A DNA stretch of 64,000 nucleotides from Peribolospora baueri (taxonomy: Eukaryota). Below are positions 25,356 to 38,214 of the stretch, piece after piece; the stretch's first letter is position 1, and every line of letters begins with the position of its first letter. The translations under genes were made by a program, and so were the position numbers. Below the pieces are notes generated by a model. It made no database searches and had not been told where the DNA came from. It saw nothing but the letters and a program-made list of their open reading frames with translations. Where the stretch lies: contig JAMDHS010000005.1 in NCBI GenBank assembly GCA_029717555.1, positions 62,001-126,000 of the forward strand, written 5' to 3'.

Positions 25356-26480
25356 TCAGCTGCGAAGCAAGGCACCGAAATGACCGAGCGCATCGTGCAC
25401 GGACGACTTGAGCGACCTCTCCTCTTTCAGGTTCGCAACAGCCTTCAAAAGTTCGGTCTTGTCAGCGCGGAAAGCAGAAAAGATTCGGTTTCCGGCCGCG
25501 AGATGGTCGCGCTCTGTCTCAGAATAGGAGAAAAGTATGGCCCGTGCGTGTTTCAGCACACCAAGGGAGCAGAGAACCCTCTTTAGTCGACGAGGAGGGA
25601 CGAGTGCTCACGTGCTTCCGCGACCTGTCGTCTAAACTCCTCGCGGAGCCTCCGTCTTTCCTCCCAAACGTCCCTGATCCTTGCAGCGTGACTAGCCGCT
25701 TTGGCTTGGGCACGTTCGTAGGCATCGACGAGCCGCAAGTACTCTTCCTCGACGTTGTCGACTAGGGGACGACTAGCTGCGAAGAACTGGCGAGAGACGC
25801 GTCTGCAAAGCCCAATGATGCCGTAGAAAGACTGACGCGTGAGGTTAATCGGCTTGACCACCGACGACAGTAGCAGAGCCGAAGCTGGACGCATTCACTC
25901 GTACTCCACTGCGCGCTCTCGCGTCGCTGTTGCTGCAGACTTCGCGTCCACGATCGTCTTCTTTCTGGTGTCGTGCATTGATTCTTCAATGATTTTGCAA
26001 TGCTCGTCGAAGGAACCTGACAAAAGCGTCTAGGTCAGCGGTGTCTCACGTCGCTGTAGCGCGGGCACCGCCGGAGCTCACCTCGTAAGTCGCTGAGAAG
26101 CTTGCGGTCTTCCTCCTTGTCTCGTGTATGAGCTGGACCCGTCATAAGTCCGCTGCAGGAAGGTAGGGATGTATTCAGTCTCATCGTGACCCTCAGCGGA
26201 CGATCAGATGAAGCGCAGATCGGCCAAACCTCAGAGGCCTCTGCCGTGCGCCTTCAGAGTCGTCGCCAAAGTCCCCGAAATCGCTGTCAAAGAGAGACGA
26301 GTCGCTTTCATCGTCGGTTGAAAGGAGACCTATCGTTGGCAGGCGACCGCTGGAGAGGACGGGGACGCCCATCGTCCACCTGTCAGACGGCCGGCCTAAA
26401 ACCGAGGTCTTCCCAAGGCGCGACGAGTGCAGCGGGCTCCTCGCTTTCAAAAGGTCGGACCTTTTTTTGAGTGACCGCAT
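25356..26480 (-). CDS. Hypothetical coiled-coil protein (multi-exon)
   Basis: Consecutive helical exons (DNVEEEYLRLVDAYERAQAK..EERRRLREEF; SETERDHLAAG..LKAVANLKEE) flanked by GT-AG signals; no family recognised. Confidence 0.45.
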
Positions 26481-26725
26481 ACTGTAGAAAGATGGGGACG
26501 TAAAATGAGGGATGCGGTGCTAGACCAACCAAATTGAAATGTCTCCCGACAACGGGATGGAAGGCGACGAGAGAATCTGGAAATCTTATACCCTGCGCCG
26601 CGCCGCGCCGCAGCGACCAGACACGACTTATCCATCATTCGTCCGCCTTCTGCCTTTCGTGCACTCTCTCCTCCAACTGAATGGGTCGACCTCCCGGGGC
26701 GGTTTTCCAAGTGGCCGCTCTCATC

Positions 26726-28111
26726 ATGGGCAAGTCGAAACAAGGTTACTATGCCGTTCGCACCGGTCACCAGAGCGGCATCTACATGACCTGGTGAGCT
26801 AGTGTGCCTCGCCGCGACCCATTTCGCCTTCGCCCGACGCAGCCTCTAATACCTCGAACTCGTGATCGAATCGCTCTCTGAAAGGGCCGAATGCGAGGCA
26901 CAGGTGAAAGGTTACCCCAACGCGGTTTTTAAGAAATTTGCTACGCAACAGGACGCTGCTGCCTTTGTCGCCGGAAAATCGGCAAACTCAACCTCTAAGG
27001 CGCCTGTCACCAGTGACAACAGCTCCCGGCCTCCTGAGCTGCTAGGGCGAGATCGCCCTCTGGTCGTATGGTGCGATGGTTGCTGTCTGTCGAACGGTCG
27101 GACGAAGGCTCAAGCCGGATACGGCGTCTTTTGGGACGACAACAGCCCTCTGTGAGCAAGGCCGATTTTGACGCGTGATCTCCACGTCGCCACTTTAGTT
27201 CGTTTTCTTCTCGCGTGCTGCTCTCTGAACGGACATTTATGGATTCCAGTAATATTGCAGCACGACTACCCGGTCATTCGCAAACGAACAACCGCGCCGA
27301 ACTTATGGTTAGCGTGTATGCCTGTGATCCGGCACAAAAGCTGTCGCGCTGACCGCACTTGTCGCTCAAACAGGCTGTCATTCGTGCGCTGGAAACTTGT
27401 CCAGATCCCAATGCGAGGCTTGAGATTAAGACCGACAGCAGATACGTGATTTCAGGTGAGCGGGTTCACGACCTAATACCGGGGGGTGCCGCTTGAGTGA
27501 CTCCATACCGCTCTACATGCCTTTTTGCAAGCCATGGTCTCCTGGGTTCCCTCATGGAAAAAGAGGGGATGGAAAACTGTCAATGACAAGCCTGTTCAGA
27601 ACAAGGACTTGATCATACGGCTCTTGCGACTGCTTCGACAACGAAGAATACCGGCCAAACTAGTTCACGTCCCAGGGCACGCTGGTATACATGGCAACGA
27701 AATGGCCGACAGGTGAGAGCGGCGCGCGTCGGTGATAAAACTGTTAATGGCCGTTGAGCAACGTCTTTGCGCAGGTTGGCAAATCATGGAGCCACTTTAG
27801 CCGAAGAAGCTTCAGACTCGGAGGAGCCGGACGACGAGGAGAGCGACCTATTGCCCAGTCTGCCAACAATTGCTGACGAGGAGCAGCGTTACGCGAAGAG
27901 GGAAGTAAGAGGTGGCGAGGGAGTGTCCAGCGCGCTTGGAAGGCACGACGGGGACCTCGGATTTGAGGTGAGTGTGACTCGCGCCGGAATTCGGCGGACA
28001 ACTAGCGTTGTGACTGACGGTCTCGGACTGTTCCCTTTGGTGCAGATTGATCCTTCCGATCTTCTCACCGAAGAAGAGCTGAGAGAGCTCGAAACGAAGG
28101 ATAGCACTTGA
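26726..28111 (+). CDS. RNH1: Ribonuclease H1
   Basis: Hybrid-binding domain GYYAVRTGHQSGIYMTW|AECEAQVKGYPNAVFKKF; catalytic domain VVWCDGCCLSNG..AGYGVFW, QTNNRAEL, IKTDSRYV, VQNKDLI, HVPGHAGIHGNEMADRLA. Confidence 0.95.
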
Positions 28112-28409
28112 AGAACTTGAACACTCGTCTGTATTTCTTTGTACGCACGGCGCACCCGCGTCCCATGAGGTTGGGATTTATACCATGTACCATATAAGTT
28201 TACACCTTTTCGAACGATCAGTTGAGCCACTACTGATATTGTTTTAGGTCATCGAGGCCGTTTGCAGCAGGGGCACCAGAAGTCAGCCCTTGGTCACTGT
28301 CCTCCCCATCTTGCGAAAAGTGGATTGGATTGCCAATCCGAAGACAGGGAAGAATGGTGACAGAGCTCTAGAGACAGGACAATTGTTGCTCACTGCGACA
28401 GCGTGAGCC

Positions 28410-29867
28410 ATGGCGTCCTTCTTGCGAGCCCTGTCGCGAACCCTTCGTATCGGAAATGCTCCACTTTATCGGAAAGGACCTTGAGGGCAACTCCTGTTAC
28501 GAGTTCCCTCCAGCGTCGGGTTCTACTGGTGAGCTCTGCTCTCTTCCCGCCCAGCGCTCTAGCCCGTCCGGGCGATCTAACTTGTCCTCCTCGTTATCGG
28601 CTGCCACCGTCCTTCTCAGATCCTCGGCACACTCGAAGGTGGGCGTTGGCTAGTGCCATGGACGCTGGATTTCTCGTGCTCAACGGTCATCAGAGGCGAT
28701 GAAACTGATCACAGTCCGTCCCTGCCCTGTGTGTCTCTTCGCTGCCCTTCCGACGTCCCATAGTGATCAAATGGAGCGTCACTCGGGACTACTGCGAATA
28801 TGACCAGTCCTCTATACCTGTGCAATGGACCACGTGGCTCAGACACACCAGGAGGAGTGCGCCAACGATTGAGGTGAGCGTCTCAACGTCACGTAGAAGT
28901 AGCCGGCCGGGTAGCTGGCTGGTGTCACTCGAGCTGCCATGACCACGGAGCACTAGCCAGTTAGGGATGCTGAATTGATTTTGCCCGTTTTCTCTTGTTG
29001 AACGCCCTTTTCTCCTTTTTTTTCTTCTTCCCCCGCTGATTCTCCGCCCACGCTTTTCCATTTTGCCGCGTGGCACGACATTGCTGAAAACCGTCTCTTG
29101 CCGCCGTTTTTTCCTCCCTCCCTGCGACGACCTGTTTCTACCTTGTTTTCTTGCTGCTTTATCTTCCCTCTCCGTTTTTCTCTTCTTGAACACCCTTTTC
29201 TCCTTGTTTTTCATCTTCGTGTTTCCGTGCATGTTCAGGAACTCTAAACTGGCCTTCGCCGACGATAGATGACCGCCCAGAACGCCGCGAGCTGCGCGCG
29301 AGGCGGAAGCGAAAGCGCTCAGAGGACAGGAGCGGGCAAGCCCTTGGCCCGGGAGGGTCGACGATGCTTCCCACCGGGGAAACTTCACACTCTGATTTTG
29401 CGCCGTCCGATATTTACACGCATGCCGCCTCTTCTTTCGCTCCTTTAGGGAGCAGGCCGCGTTCGAAAGCTGCCAAGGGGTTGCGCGAACACGGAAGCGG
29501 ACGACAGTCGGTGGCGGTGCCGACAAGCGATGTGGCTGTCGAAGAAGAACGGAAGCGAAAGGAGGGCCGCATCGTGGGCGAGGAAGAGCACGGCCGCGAG
29601 GAGTGCATGCCGGACAACTCGGTGTGGGAGGCGTCGCGACGGTGCCTGCGCCAGCAGGGCACGGACGCTTCCCCTCAAGCGTCCACGTCGTCACTCAACT
29701 CTGCCCCTCCTTCCTCTTCGCTGGAGCATCAGTTCGCTGACAAGGATGCTTCAGATCCGTTCGCGAAAGCCAAAGCGCAACGAGCTGCGAACCGCGCGAC
29801 CAAGGAAAAGGAGCGTAATTCTTTGAAGCAAATACGGTCGCCCCTTGCTCGAGGTTCGCTTGCATAG
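28410..29867 (+). pseudogene. NDUFAF2/NDUFA12 (B17.2L)-like complex I assembly factor, disrupted
   Basis: HFIGKDLEGNSCYEFP..DPRHTRR..YDQSSIPVQWTTWLRHTRRSAPTIE|EL*..RRR*MTAQNAA. Frameshift after the presequence (ATG 28410 is out of frame with the domain), exon 2/3 phase mismatch, TAA at 29245 and TAG at 29266. Confidence 0.75.
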
Positions 29868-30725
29868 TCGACGAAGGGAAAGCATGGCGATATCTGTTAG
29901 TACGTACGCATGTCGAGCGCGAACGACGTAGAAATGCCCCGAAGTTCACCGCCTTTGCGCGACCTGAGCGACCCACCGCTCTGGCTCCCCCTCGGTTTTG
30001 CCTCCCGAAGCGGGAAACGCCGCCTGCATGGGGACAAAGGCCTCAAGGGGGCTCTTGTTCAGCTCTCGCCGTCGGCGCTCAAGTATGACTGCGCGAATAG
30101 GTATCTCGTGCGCATCTTTCCCCTCACACCGCTTGCTCAGACGGAGAGGACGTAGCCAACTGAGTAGAGCGTCAGGAGGGCTTCCCTCCCATCCGGACTT
30201 TTTCAAAGTTAAACCCGGGGTATAGAAAGACGATGGACGAGCCACAGAAGCAGCGGGTTCGTCTGCTCAGTGCGTCTCGTCCCGAGTCTCCTGATTGGAG
30301 CGCAAAGCGCAGCTCCCCATCCTTATCCGTGACGGTCTGCAAACAACACTGGAACTCGATGGTCCTAATCCTTCGCCTGGAAATCAAGGGAAGAATGTAG
30401 GTGTAGGCAGCGACATGCCCAGAACTCCCGTTTCCCAACGCTCGCCTGAGGCTCCTCAAGGCTTAAGGTATAATTGAAGACGTACGTAAACCGGAAACGC
30501 TGCGCTTCGCGCCTGCACCCGCCAGGTAACACATTCCTACACGTAGGAAAGATAGCGTTCGGCCTTGTGAAGACTCTTCGCGCCAGGTGACGGATGACAG
30601 GATTTGATTGATAAATTTAATAAGCATACTGTCCATCTTCAGGGTATGTGGCTTCCGTTCTCGTCATGACTTCGATCCATCAAGAGTCCCAGCTGCCGGC
30701 GAAGTCCGTCCGTCGAACGAAAAGC

Positions 30726-31748
30726 TCAGAAACCCCCTTTGTCTGCGGCAGTGGAGGTCACGAAGGCCTCAATGCGGCCAACGATGACCTCAAGAGAACC
30801 GAGCCACTTTTCCAGCTCGGCCTGCACCACCTCCTGCGGCGAGCCAAGCTTCTCGTAAAAGGCCTGGCGGTAAGGACAAGCCCTCATAGCAAGCTGGATG
30901 ACAGACGAGCAGTACAAAATGAGAGAGGTGGGGTTGTCAATCTCGAGCGTCCGTCTCGAGCAGGAAAAAAAAAAAAAAAAAAAAAAAAGCTGAACTCACG
31001 CCGAACACCGGCCTCACGACAAAGGAGTGGTACTTCTTCAACGTGCCCTCGTATGCCTGCGTGAAGCTGGCGGCAAGCTCTTCGCTCTTGTTCTGAATGG
31101 AACGGCGCAGACCGGCGGCGGTGAAAGCGAGACCACTGAAGAGGGATGCCGGAAGGCCATAATATGACCACAGTCAGAGAGGAGTCTGCGCAGTTCAGAG
31201 CTAGATACATTGGCCGACCAAGGGCAACGTACCGGAACAACCACACGAGACCCTCCGTGGCGGTGCGCTTCTTCTCTCCCCTCTCGTTGTCGACTAGCGA
31301 CTCGAGCGTGGCGTTCGCCTCAGTGTTGGTCAAGTAGCGGTCGCGAATTTTCTGGGAGCGACGATGCAAGCAACGGGTTGGAATACCAGATGTGAGCTAC
31401 ATGCGTCCGGGCCTTGAATCTCTCGAGCGGTCTGGCTTACCTTGATGTTCCCGGTCATGTCATTCTGTACGACCGAGAAGGCCGCGGAGCCGAGGAGATC
31501 GAAGAGCTTGACAAGCGCCTCGGCGGCCTCGAGAAACTGAGGAGTGTCGACACCCTTGTCGGTAACCGGCACATCCGCAAAGCTCTACGTTGGGTCCAAG
31601 GTGAGAAAGAGGGTGCCAGCGTTCACAGGTGCAAGGGTGATGAAGACAGGGGCGATAGACCCGGTGAGCGAGGAGATCGGCCAGGCGGTCTCTAGGCACC
31701 ATTCCTCCTGTTGTCTCTCACCTTCTTGCCTTCGAAAAAAGTGGGCAT
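30726..31748 (-). CDS. Glycolipid transfer protein (HET-C2-like)
   Basis: MPTFFEGKK|SFADVPVTDKGVDTPQFLEAAEALVKLFDLLGSAAFSVVQNDMTGNIK; TATEGLVWL.RGL; AYEGTLKKYH; AMRACPYRQAFYEKLG. Confidence 0.92.
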
Positions 31749-31971
31749 GATGAGTGGCCAAGCTAGGAGAGAACGTGGTAAAAACGAGTGAAGGAGGTGA
31801 GCGACGATGAGATGGACGGTCTACACAAACAGCTGGATATCCACTTGCGCCTCGGTTTGTCGAGCCACGAGAACGCCGTCCTTCTCCGAAACGCCGTCGA
31901 GATCGATCGCGAACATGTGCCCAGTCGTTCGTCCTCGACCGTCCCTCGTCTCCTGACCTGCACTTCACATT

Positions 31972-33082
31972 ATGCCACTCCATTTCAAGGGCGATAAGCC
32001 GAAGAAGAAGGGCACGAAGAGAAAGGCCGGGAGCGCGGGTGGCGATGACGCGAAAGAGCCTGAGCCGGCAGATCCTCAGGGTGAGTGATGAACCTGGACT
32101 GTCCAGGGTCTCTTCCAGCTCGTCCTCTCGACGACGAGACGAGACCATCGGCTCCGGAATCGTTCCTCTGATCGTCCATTGCTCTTTCCCTTTTGCTTCC
32201 TCAGCCTGGGTATCGGCAGAGACAGGAGTTGACTTGAACGGGCCCACTTTCATTACACAGCCTTCAGACCCGCAGCCGATCTGCGTCGCCTGGGATCCTG
32301 TCATGAACCGTGTCCATGCCCCGTCCGTCGGCATCTCCTCCCCAACGGAAGAACCGGAAGAAGAGGCAAAGTCGGGATACCGACCGAGACCTTCGGACGT
32401 TCACCACGTTTGGGTGTGCACAAAGGTGCTTGACTCCAGCAAGGTCACCTTCCGATCGGCCGCCGGGGGCTTCCTTGGCTGCGACAAGCACGGAGTCGTC
32501 TCTGCCGAGCGCGAGGCGCGCGGGCCTCAGGAAGAATGGGAGCCCATAGCCCGGCCGGAGGGAATGGCGTTTCAGTCCGTTTATGGTGGCTTCTTGACCG
32601 TGGACGAGGTGGCGGGTGGCAAGATGGTTGTGCGAGGGGACTCCGATACTGTCGCCATCGGCGAGACCTTTCAGGTTTTCGTCCAAGCTGGCTTCCGGAG
32701 GGACGCGAGGCTGGGGCCCGAGGGCAAGAAGCACAAGAAGGGCGAGGATGGATTGGATGACGAGGCTGAGCTCAAGTGAGTCTCATGGAGACGCGTTCTC
32801 ATGGCCTTGTCTCCAGCTGACTGGTTCTCTAAATGCCTTTTAATATCGCAGTAAACGATACCAGGCGTGGGGCTCTGGGCGGACGGTGCTCAGTTCTAGC
32901 GACCGAAAGGAGCTGCGCAAGAGCGCCAAAGAGGGAAGAATCGCAGAGGCCATGCTTGACAGAAGGGCAAAACTTAAGAGTGATCGATATTGTAAGGTGA
33001 GAGCTTCTATAGCTTACACTGCTCGACTCGGTTCGAAGCATGAGCTCCGGCTGATTGCCGACTTTTTCCCTTAATCCAGTGA
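31972..33082 (+). CDS. FRG1: FRG1-like protein
   Basis: MPLHFKGDKPKKK; PSDVHHVWV; FLGCDKHGVVSAEREARGPQEEW; RYQAWGSGR; ELRKSAKEGRIAEAMLDRRAKLKSDRYCK, with the stop codon in a final micro-exon (cag|TGA at 33080). Confidence 0.9.
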
Positions 33083-33166
33083 CCCAGACTGGCAAAGCGT
33101 GTTCCTCCGAGGCGCCGGAGTTTTTTTTCCATCCTTCCTTGTATTATACGCAAAGAAGCACCCTAG

Positions 33167-36100
33167 TCATTCCTCTTTTCGAAGTAAGCCCACGGCATCC
33201 TCCGTCAAGTCTGGGTCTCCTCGCACCATCCACAGTGTGCCGTCATCGGTGACCGTCAGGCGAACCATCGCCACGAGTGTTTCGTTCTCGGTGTTGTCAC
33301 CGTCCTCTGATGCGCTTGACGCGCTCGACGAGAACGGGTCTGGATTCGAAGAGACCTCGCTCGAAGAGGAGACTGGTGCGGACGCTTTTGCGGAAGGCTT
33401 GCTCTGCGACTTTCGAAGCATCGGTACTGAGAAGAAGCGATTGAAAAAAGAAGGCTTCAGCGTTGGACTTCTGAGAGGCACCTGTTGCCCGATACGTTGC
33501 TTACCTCCCTCCCTACTCTCTTGCTCGTCCAGCAAAAAACCGAGTGGCTGGAGGAGGCCGACAAGTTCGTCACTACTCCGACCGCTCCACCCGCGCGTCG
33601 GCTTGCCCTCGAGGGAGTCCCATGTCCACCGCACTTGGGAAACAGCCTGCGGGGCAGACCGAAATCCTGTCGCCCCTAGAGAGCGTCAATCACCTGTGAT
33701 GTTGCCCTCAATGCTATCCGTGGCGCGCATGGTGGCAAACCTTACCTTGTTTGTGTTCTTTGTCTGGTTGCGTGGATGGGGCTTCTCGGCCCTCCTCCGC
33801 TTGCCGAGGGGCTGCAGCCTCGTGAGCTTCCTTGTCCGCCCCCTGCAACGGGACTTGTTGGACATTTCTGTCCAAGGGCAGCGGCACGTCTTCCTGGTCC
33901 TTGTCCGGAGCCTGTGGCGTGGTCTTCTTTGTTGGTTTGTCTAGGGTCAGCAAAGGAGCCTCCTTTATATCTGTTTCCCGTGGTATGGACACTTTGCTTT
34001 CCTTGTTCGATCCTTGAGAAGAAGCCTCGTTGTCAAGGTCGATGAGATCGTGACCAGATGTCTTTAAGGGAAATGTTTTATTTGAGTGAAACGGGTCCAA
34101 CACATCCGACCGAGGCAACAAGAAGCGAGTACACACTTGTGAGATAGCACCCGTCGCCTCCTGGTTATGCTGACTCCGAGGTGAGAGCATCGACAAAGAT
34201 GGCGAAGGCATCGACAGAGATAGCGAAGGTATCCCCAAAGGTGGAGAACCCATAGACGTCCCCTAAAGACAGATAGATAAAAAAGAATGTCAGACGCCAT
34301 AGCAGGGCAAGGCGGAAGGATAGCAGCTCACCTCCGACCATGACGCGTTCTCCTCCTCCCCCTCTCCCATCAAAGTTAGCTGACTGGCCATCATGCCCAG
34401 TGTTTCGACGTCTTCTCCTCGTCCTTTGTTTCGCTTCCGCCGAGGCGGTCTCGCGCTCGGCCTTTCAGCCACGCGAACCTCGCGGCGCGGCGGCGGAGGA
34501 GAAGGAGGGTCGTAGCGGTCATATCGTAGGTTTGAAGTGAACATGGAATCTCCGGTGAGGGACGTGAGAGATGCGGCACTGGAAGGCGTTGGAGAAGGCG
34601 AGCGGGGCAAAGCAAGTGTGCCTGCGAAATATGCTTCCACGGCCTGCAGGACGTCCAGCAGCTGTTTACAGAACCCATCCGTATTCGTCAGCACAGTGTT
34701 AAAGCATTCAAGTAGGGAATTGCTCACAGTCGTCATCTTGGTGGCCTCAGCCAATAATTGGAGGCCCGCCGGGTTCTTTACCAGCTGGCAATATTGAGAG
34801 CACCTCTGTGTAAAAGAACACGAGTGCGCTCTCAGTTGCTCGAACTTACTGTAACAGCGTAGGCTTGGTGCGATAGACCCACCATTCGCACTCGAGGGTG
34901 CCCCCGCTTCCCGCACTGATCGACCTTGGCCATGACATCCTCCGGTGAGCTTTGTCTTTGGGCAGCGAGCTGCATCATAGCGATTATAACGGCCTCCGCG
35001 ACGGAAGCTGCACAAGCAAATAATTCCATGGCATAAGCAATCGCGAGCCCGACTTCCCGGTCCTCGTAGGGCGGGAGACTTCTTACCAGGGAGAGAGTCA
35101 AGTGTTGCTGCGAGTGCTCCCAACGACTTGAGCAACGAGCTTTCCTGTAGCGTTTGCGAGTATTCGCAGAAGACGGCAGCGCATACAAGCACAAAGGTTG
35201 GTGCTCTCGTCTGCTCCTCCCGATCTGATGGGGTTGAGATTTGGTCACAAAGCGCTTCCACGAAAGCTGAGACGAAGTCGCTTGGAGCTGACGTAGTCAG
35301 AAGATAAAATGATTCCACAGCAAGATGAGCAAAAACCCTTCTGGCCAAGTAAGCAGGCGCACAGTAGTGTAGCAAAAACTTACAGCCTCTCAACTGCACC
35401 AAAATTTGTTCCACCAAGCCCTCGAATACGACAGGGTGGTTGCGCTGGGCGGGCCGTCGGCTTGGATGTGCCCATAGCGCATCAATGACAGCCTCGATTC
35501 GCTCAACATGCTCCTTGACAACGTTGACCGGGGCCTTGACAGCGCTATCTGCCTCACTGGCGAGAACGTCCAATTCGATCCCGGAACTATCTAGTTGGCA
35601 AGCAGACATAGAAGTGATCCAAGCGCATTCCAAGGAGAGGGAGCACGCTTCGATGGGATCTGATGCGCTGCCGTCGTTGATGGATTTTTTAAGCTGAGAG
35701 AAGCGTTGTCGCAGGATAGCGGGGTCGACACGGCCAAGAACCCGCAGAGTCTGGCATCAAGTGAGAGCCGTCAGTTGTCATCCAGTGAGGGAGAAGGACG
35801 CACAAACTTGCCATTGTATGGCCATCTCTGCTTAGCGGAAATGTGTAATAAACAACTCACGAGCCGTCGCAAACTCTCATCCTCGGAGGACATGAAGCTC
35901 ATGACCCGGGCCATGTCGTCCACCCCCAACAGACTAGTCTTGCCACCGGAAGATTCAAGACTCGAAGGCTCTGCGTCAGCTGTGGATGCACTCCCTGCCC
36001 AAAGCCCAGGGTCTAGCGTGTACAGACTAGAGAGGGCCAGGTAATGCAGATTTGGGTTGGTCGCGTGCAAGTGTTGGGTGATGAACTTGCCAACGTTCGA

Positions 36101-37940
36101 TTTGAGCACTGAGTCGCTCGATGGCTCGAATGATCCCCGAATAAGAGCTGTCGGAAAGGTGCGCAGCGCTCGCAGACACTCCAAGGACACAGCTGATGAC
36201 CAGAGAAATAAAGTGATGTAATTCAGGACCACGGCCGGTAAGCATGAGTAAAGATGGGACAACCTACCGTAAGATGCATCGACTCCGTCAACAGAGGCGG
36301 ACAGGACTTTTCCAACCGTCTCTAACGCTTGAGTCGCGAGCTCATGCCTGATCAAAGAATGAACCCTAAGAAGTAAGCTGGACCTTTGTGGTAGTGTGCG
36401 CCCGATGTCTGTTGTTACTTACTTCTGCTCGTCGCCGAGCCGCCCAACCGATGCCGCCAAGAGTCGAACACCTTTGATCTGCAGCCACGGTGCTGGAGTC
36501 CCATGGTAATTGGCGGACGATGTCAATTCATTCGTCCTATGAAGGAGAGTTCTGATGGTCAAGATAAGCTCGTTGGGTTGTATGACTCCATTCTGTGTCA
36601 GGACAGTCAGGTCTATGGTCAACCCCAAACCCTTGGTCTATTGAAGATGATATTACATGGTCGAGCTCACCTGAAGTAGGTCTTCAGCAGCTCCAAGCGC
36701 TGCGCTGATGACCATCGCATCCGGGTCCTCCAATTTAAACAGAATCTTGTCTTTGGCTCGGACCATAGGGGTGTCCTCGCCGGATGGCGATCGAGGAAGA
36801 CCACTAACGGAGGTCAATTTGGATAGACTCCTGATGGCAGCCAGCGCCTTTCGTCGCACATGAGGGCTATGGAGAGATGAAGTGCAAATGTTGGCATCGT
36901 CAGTCTCAAAGACGAGTGTCTTATGCTCCTGAACCCAGAGATGAAAAATGACCATAGGACTCACGACGTGTGACCAAGAAGATCCTCCAAGTGATCCCGC
37001 ACTGCAGGGATGATATCGTGGCTACCAACATGACGGAGAGCATCGAGGGCGAGGCATACATTTGATTCTGAGGATGATTCCAGATGCTATTGGGAAAATT
37101 AGAAGCGGATTCACTCAGTCTCTCAGTCAAGCTAGGAAGATCTTCTCTGCACACTCACATTTCGGATAGTGTTGACGAGCATGAGGGCGAGAGGATGCCC
37201 TTTAGGCATGAGAAACGCACAAGCCAAATAACCTGTGCGTTGTAACAGAGACAGAGTGCATCAGAAACATCGCTGATATAGGACAACCTGCTGCGTCCAT
37301 CTGCGACACCTTCACAGTTTGACAATTCGACGCCCTCGCCCATTACCCATCCTCACCAGTACGGCGGTGCTCAAACTCGCGAGCTCTGGCAGCTAACTTC
37401 ACCGCTTCCACAAGCAAGCTATCCGAGCTGGCAGAACGTGTGAATGTGTGCTTCTCTAAAGGCGGCGCGGGTTCTTGCGGATACAGCATGGAGATATAGA
37501 GAAGGACGATGAGAGCTTGGGAGACGGACTGAAGACGGGTGAGAAATCAAAGCCACAAGGCCCTTAGCAACGTAAAAACAGAAAATCACCCAAAGAGCGC
37601 CTTAGAACCAAAATAAAAGCGGTGCTCACACTGGAGGGACCCGTCCCCTTCTTCAACCTTTCCTTGATATGTCCCAGTTCGTCGACCAAAAGACTATCCG
37701 CGTTCTAAAGCAGACCAGAGGGTAAAGGAGGGAGCACTCAAAAGCGTGCAGGTAAGCTGGAGCATTCATTATCACCAAACATTTCGGCTAGCAACTTGAA
37801 AGCAGACTTCGGAAGCGCACCTCGGGAGTTTCAGCTTTCTCGAGCTTCTTGACCAGCACGAAGTGTTCCCTGGAACTCGCGCCTGACTCAAGCCAGGTCA
37901 CGTCCTCCATACCGGCCCGCCAGCCGGCCTTGGGCGACAT
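33167..37940 (-). CDS. Adaptin large subunit, AP-4 epsilon-like
   Basis: SGASSREHFVLVKKLEKAETPE; LLVEAVKLA; HSPHVRRKALAAI; NYHGTPAPWLQIKGVRLL; TNPNLHYLALSSL; SEDESLRRLTLRVL; YDRYDPP linker; multi-exon. Confidence 0.7.
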
Positions 37941-38214
37941 GATATTCGAAGCCGGAAAGGGAAGGGATGTGTGAACGAGGATAATGTATAGTGTATTCGA
38001 TCGGAACCGCCGTCGCACGACTTCCGCTGGCGAGCAGCAGGATAGCCAGGGCGTACGTCGAAGCGTGGAGATGCCGCAGCGCACAAATCAATCACGTGCT
38101 AGAGAAAACTCGATCATGGAAAGCAACCGGCAACACTACAACACTACGGACACCTCACGCTCAGCTGGACTTTAGGGTTGACCCATCACACCCAATAGCC
38201 ACGGCCGGCTCGCG

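Noticed and set aside
29245..29268. TAA/TAG at probable Gln positions as a sign of UAR-to-Gln recoding or RNA editing
   Set aside because: Neighbouring genes end in TAG or TAA (RNA1, UBP14, SRC1, TMA20), and the same gene also has frameshifts; pseudogene decay is simpler.
29880..30480. Short ORFs downstream of the NDUFAF2-like pseudogene
   Set aside because: No recognisable motif or consistent exon chain; may be further decayed sequence.
32085..32171. GTGATGA...CTGA in FRG1 intron 1 as a C/D snoRNA
   Set aside because: Box C overlaps the splice donor, the CTGA coincides with the likely branch site, and I see no rRNA-complementary guide or terminal stem.
35000..35090. Apparent frameshift in the adaptin ORF
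   Set aside because: Explained by a canonical GTAAGA...TGCAG intron on the - strand.
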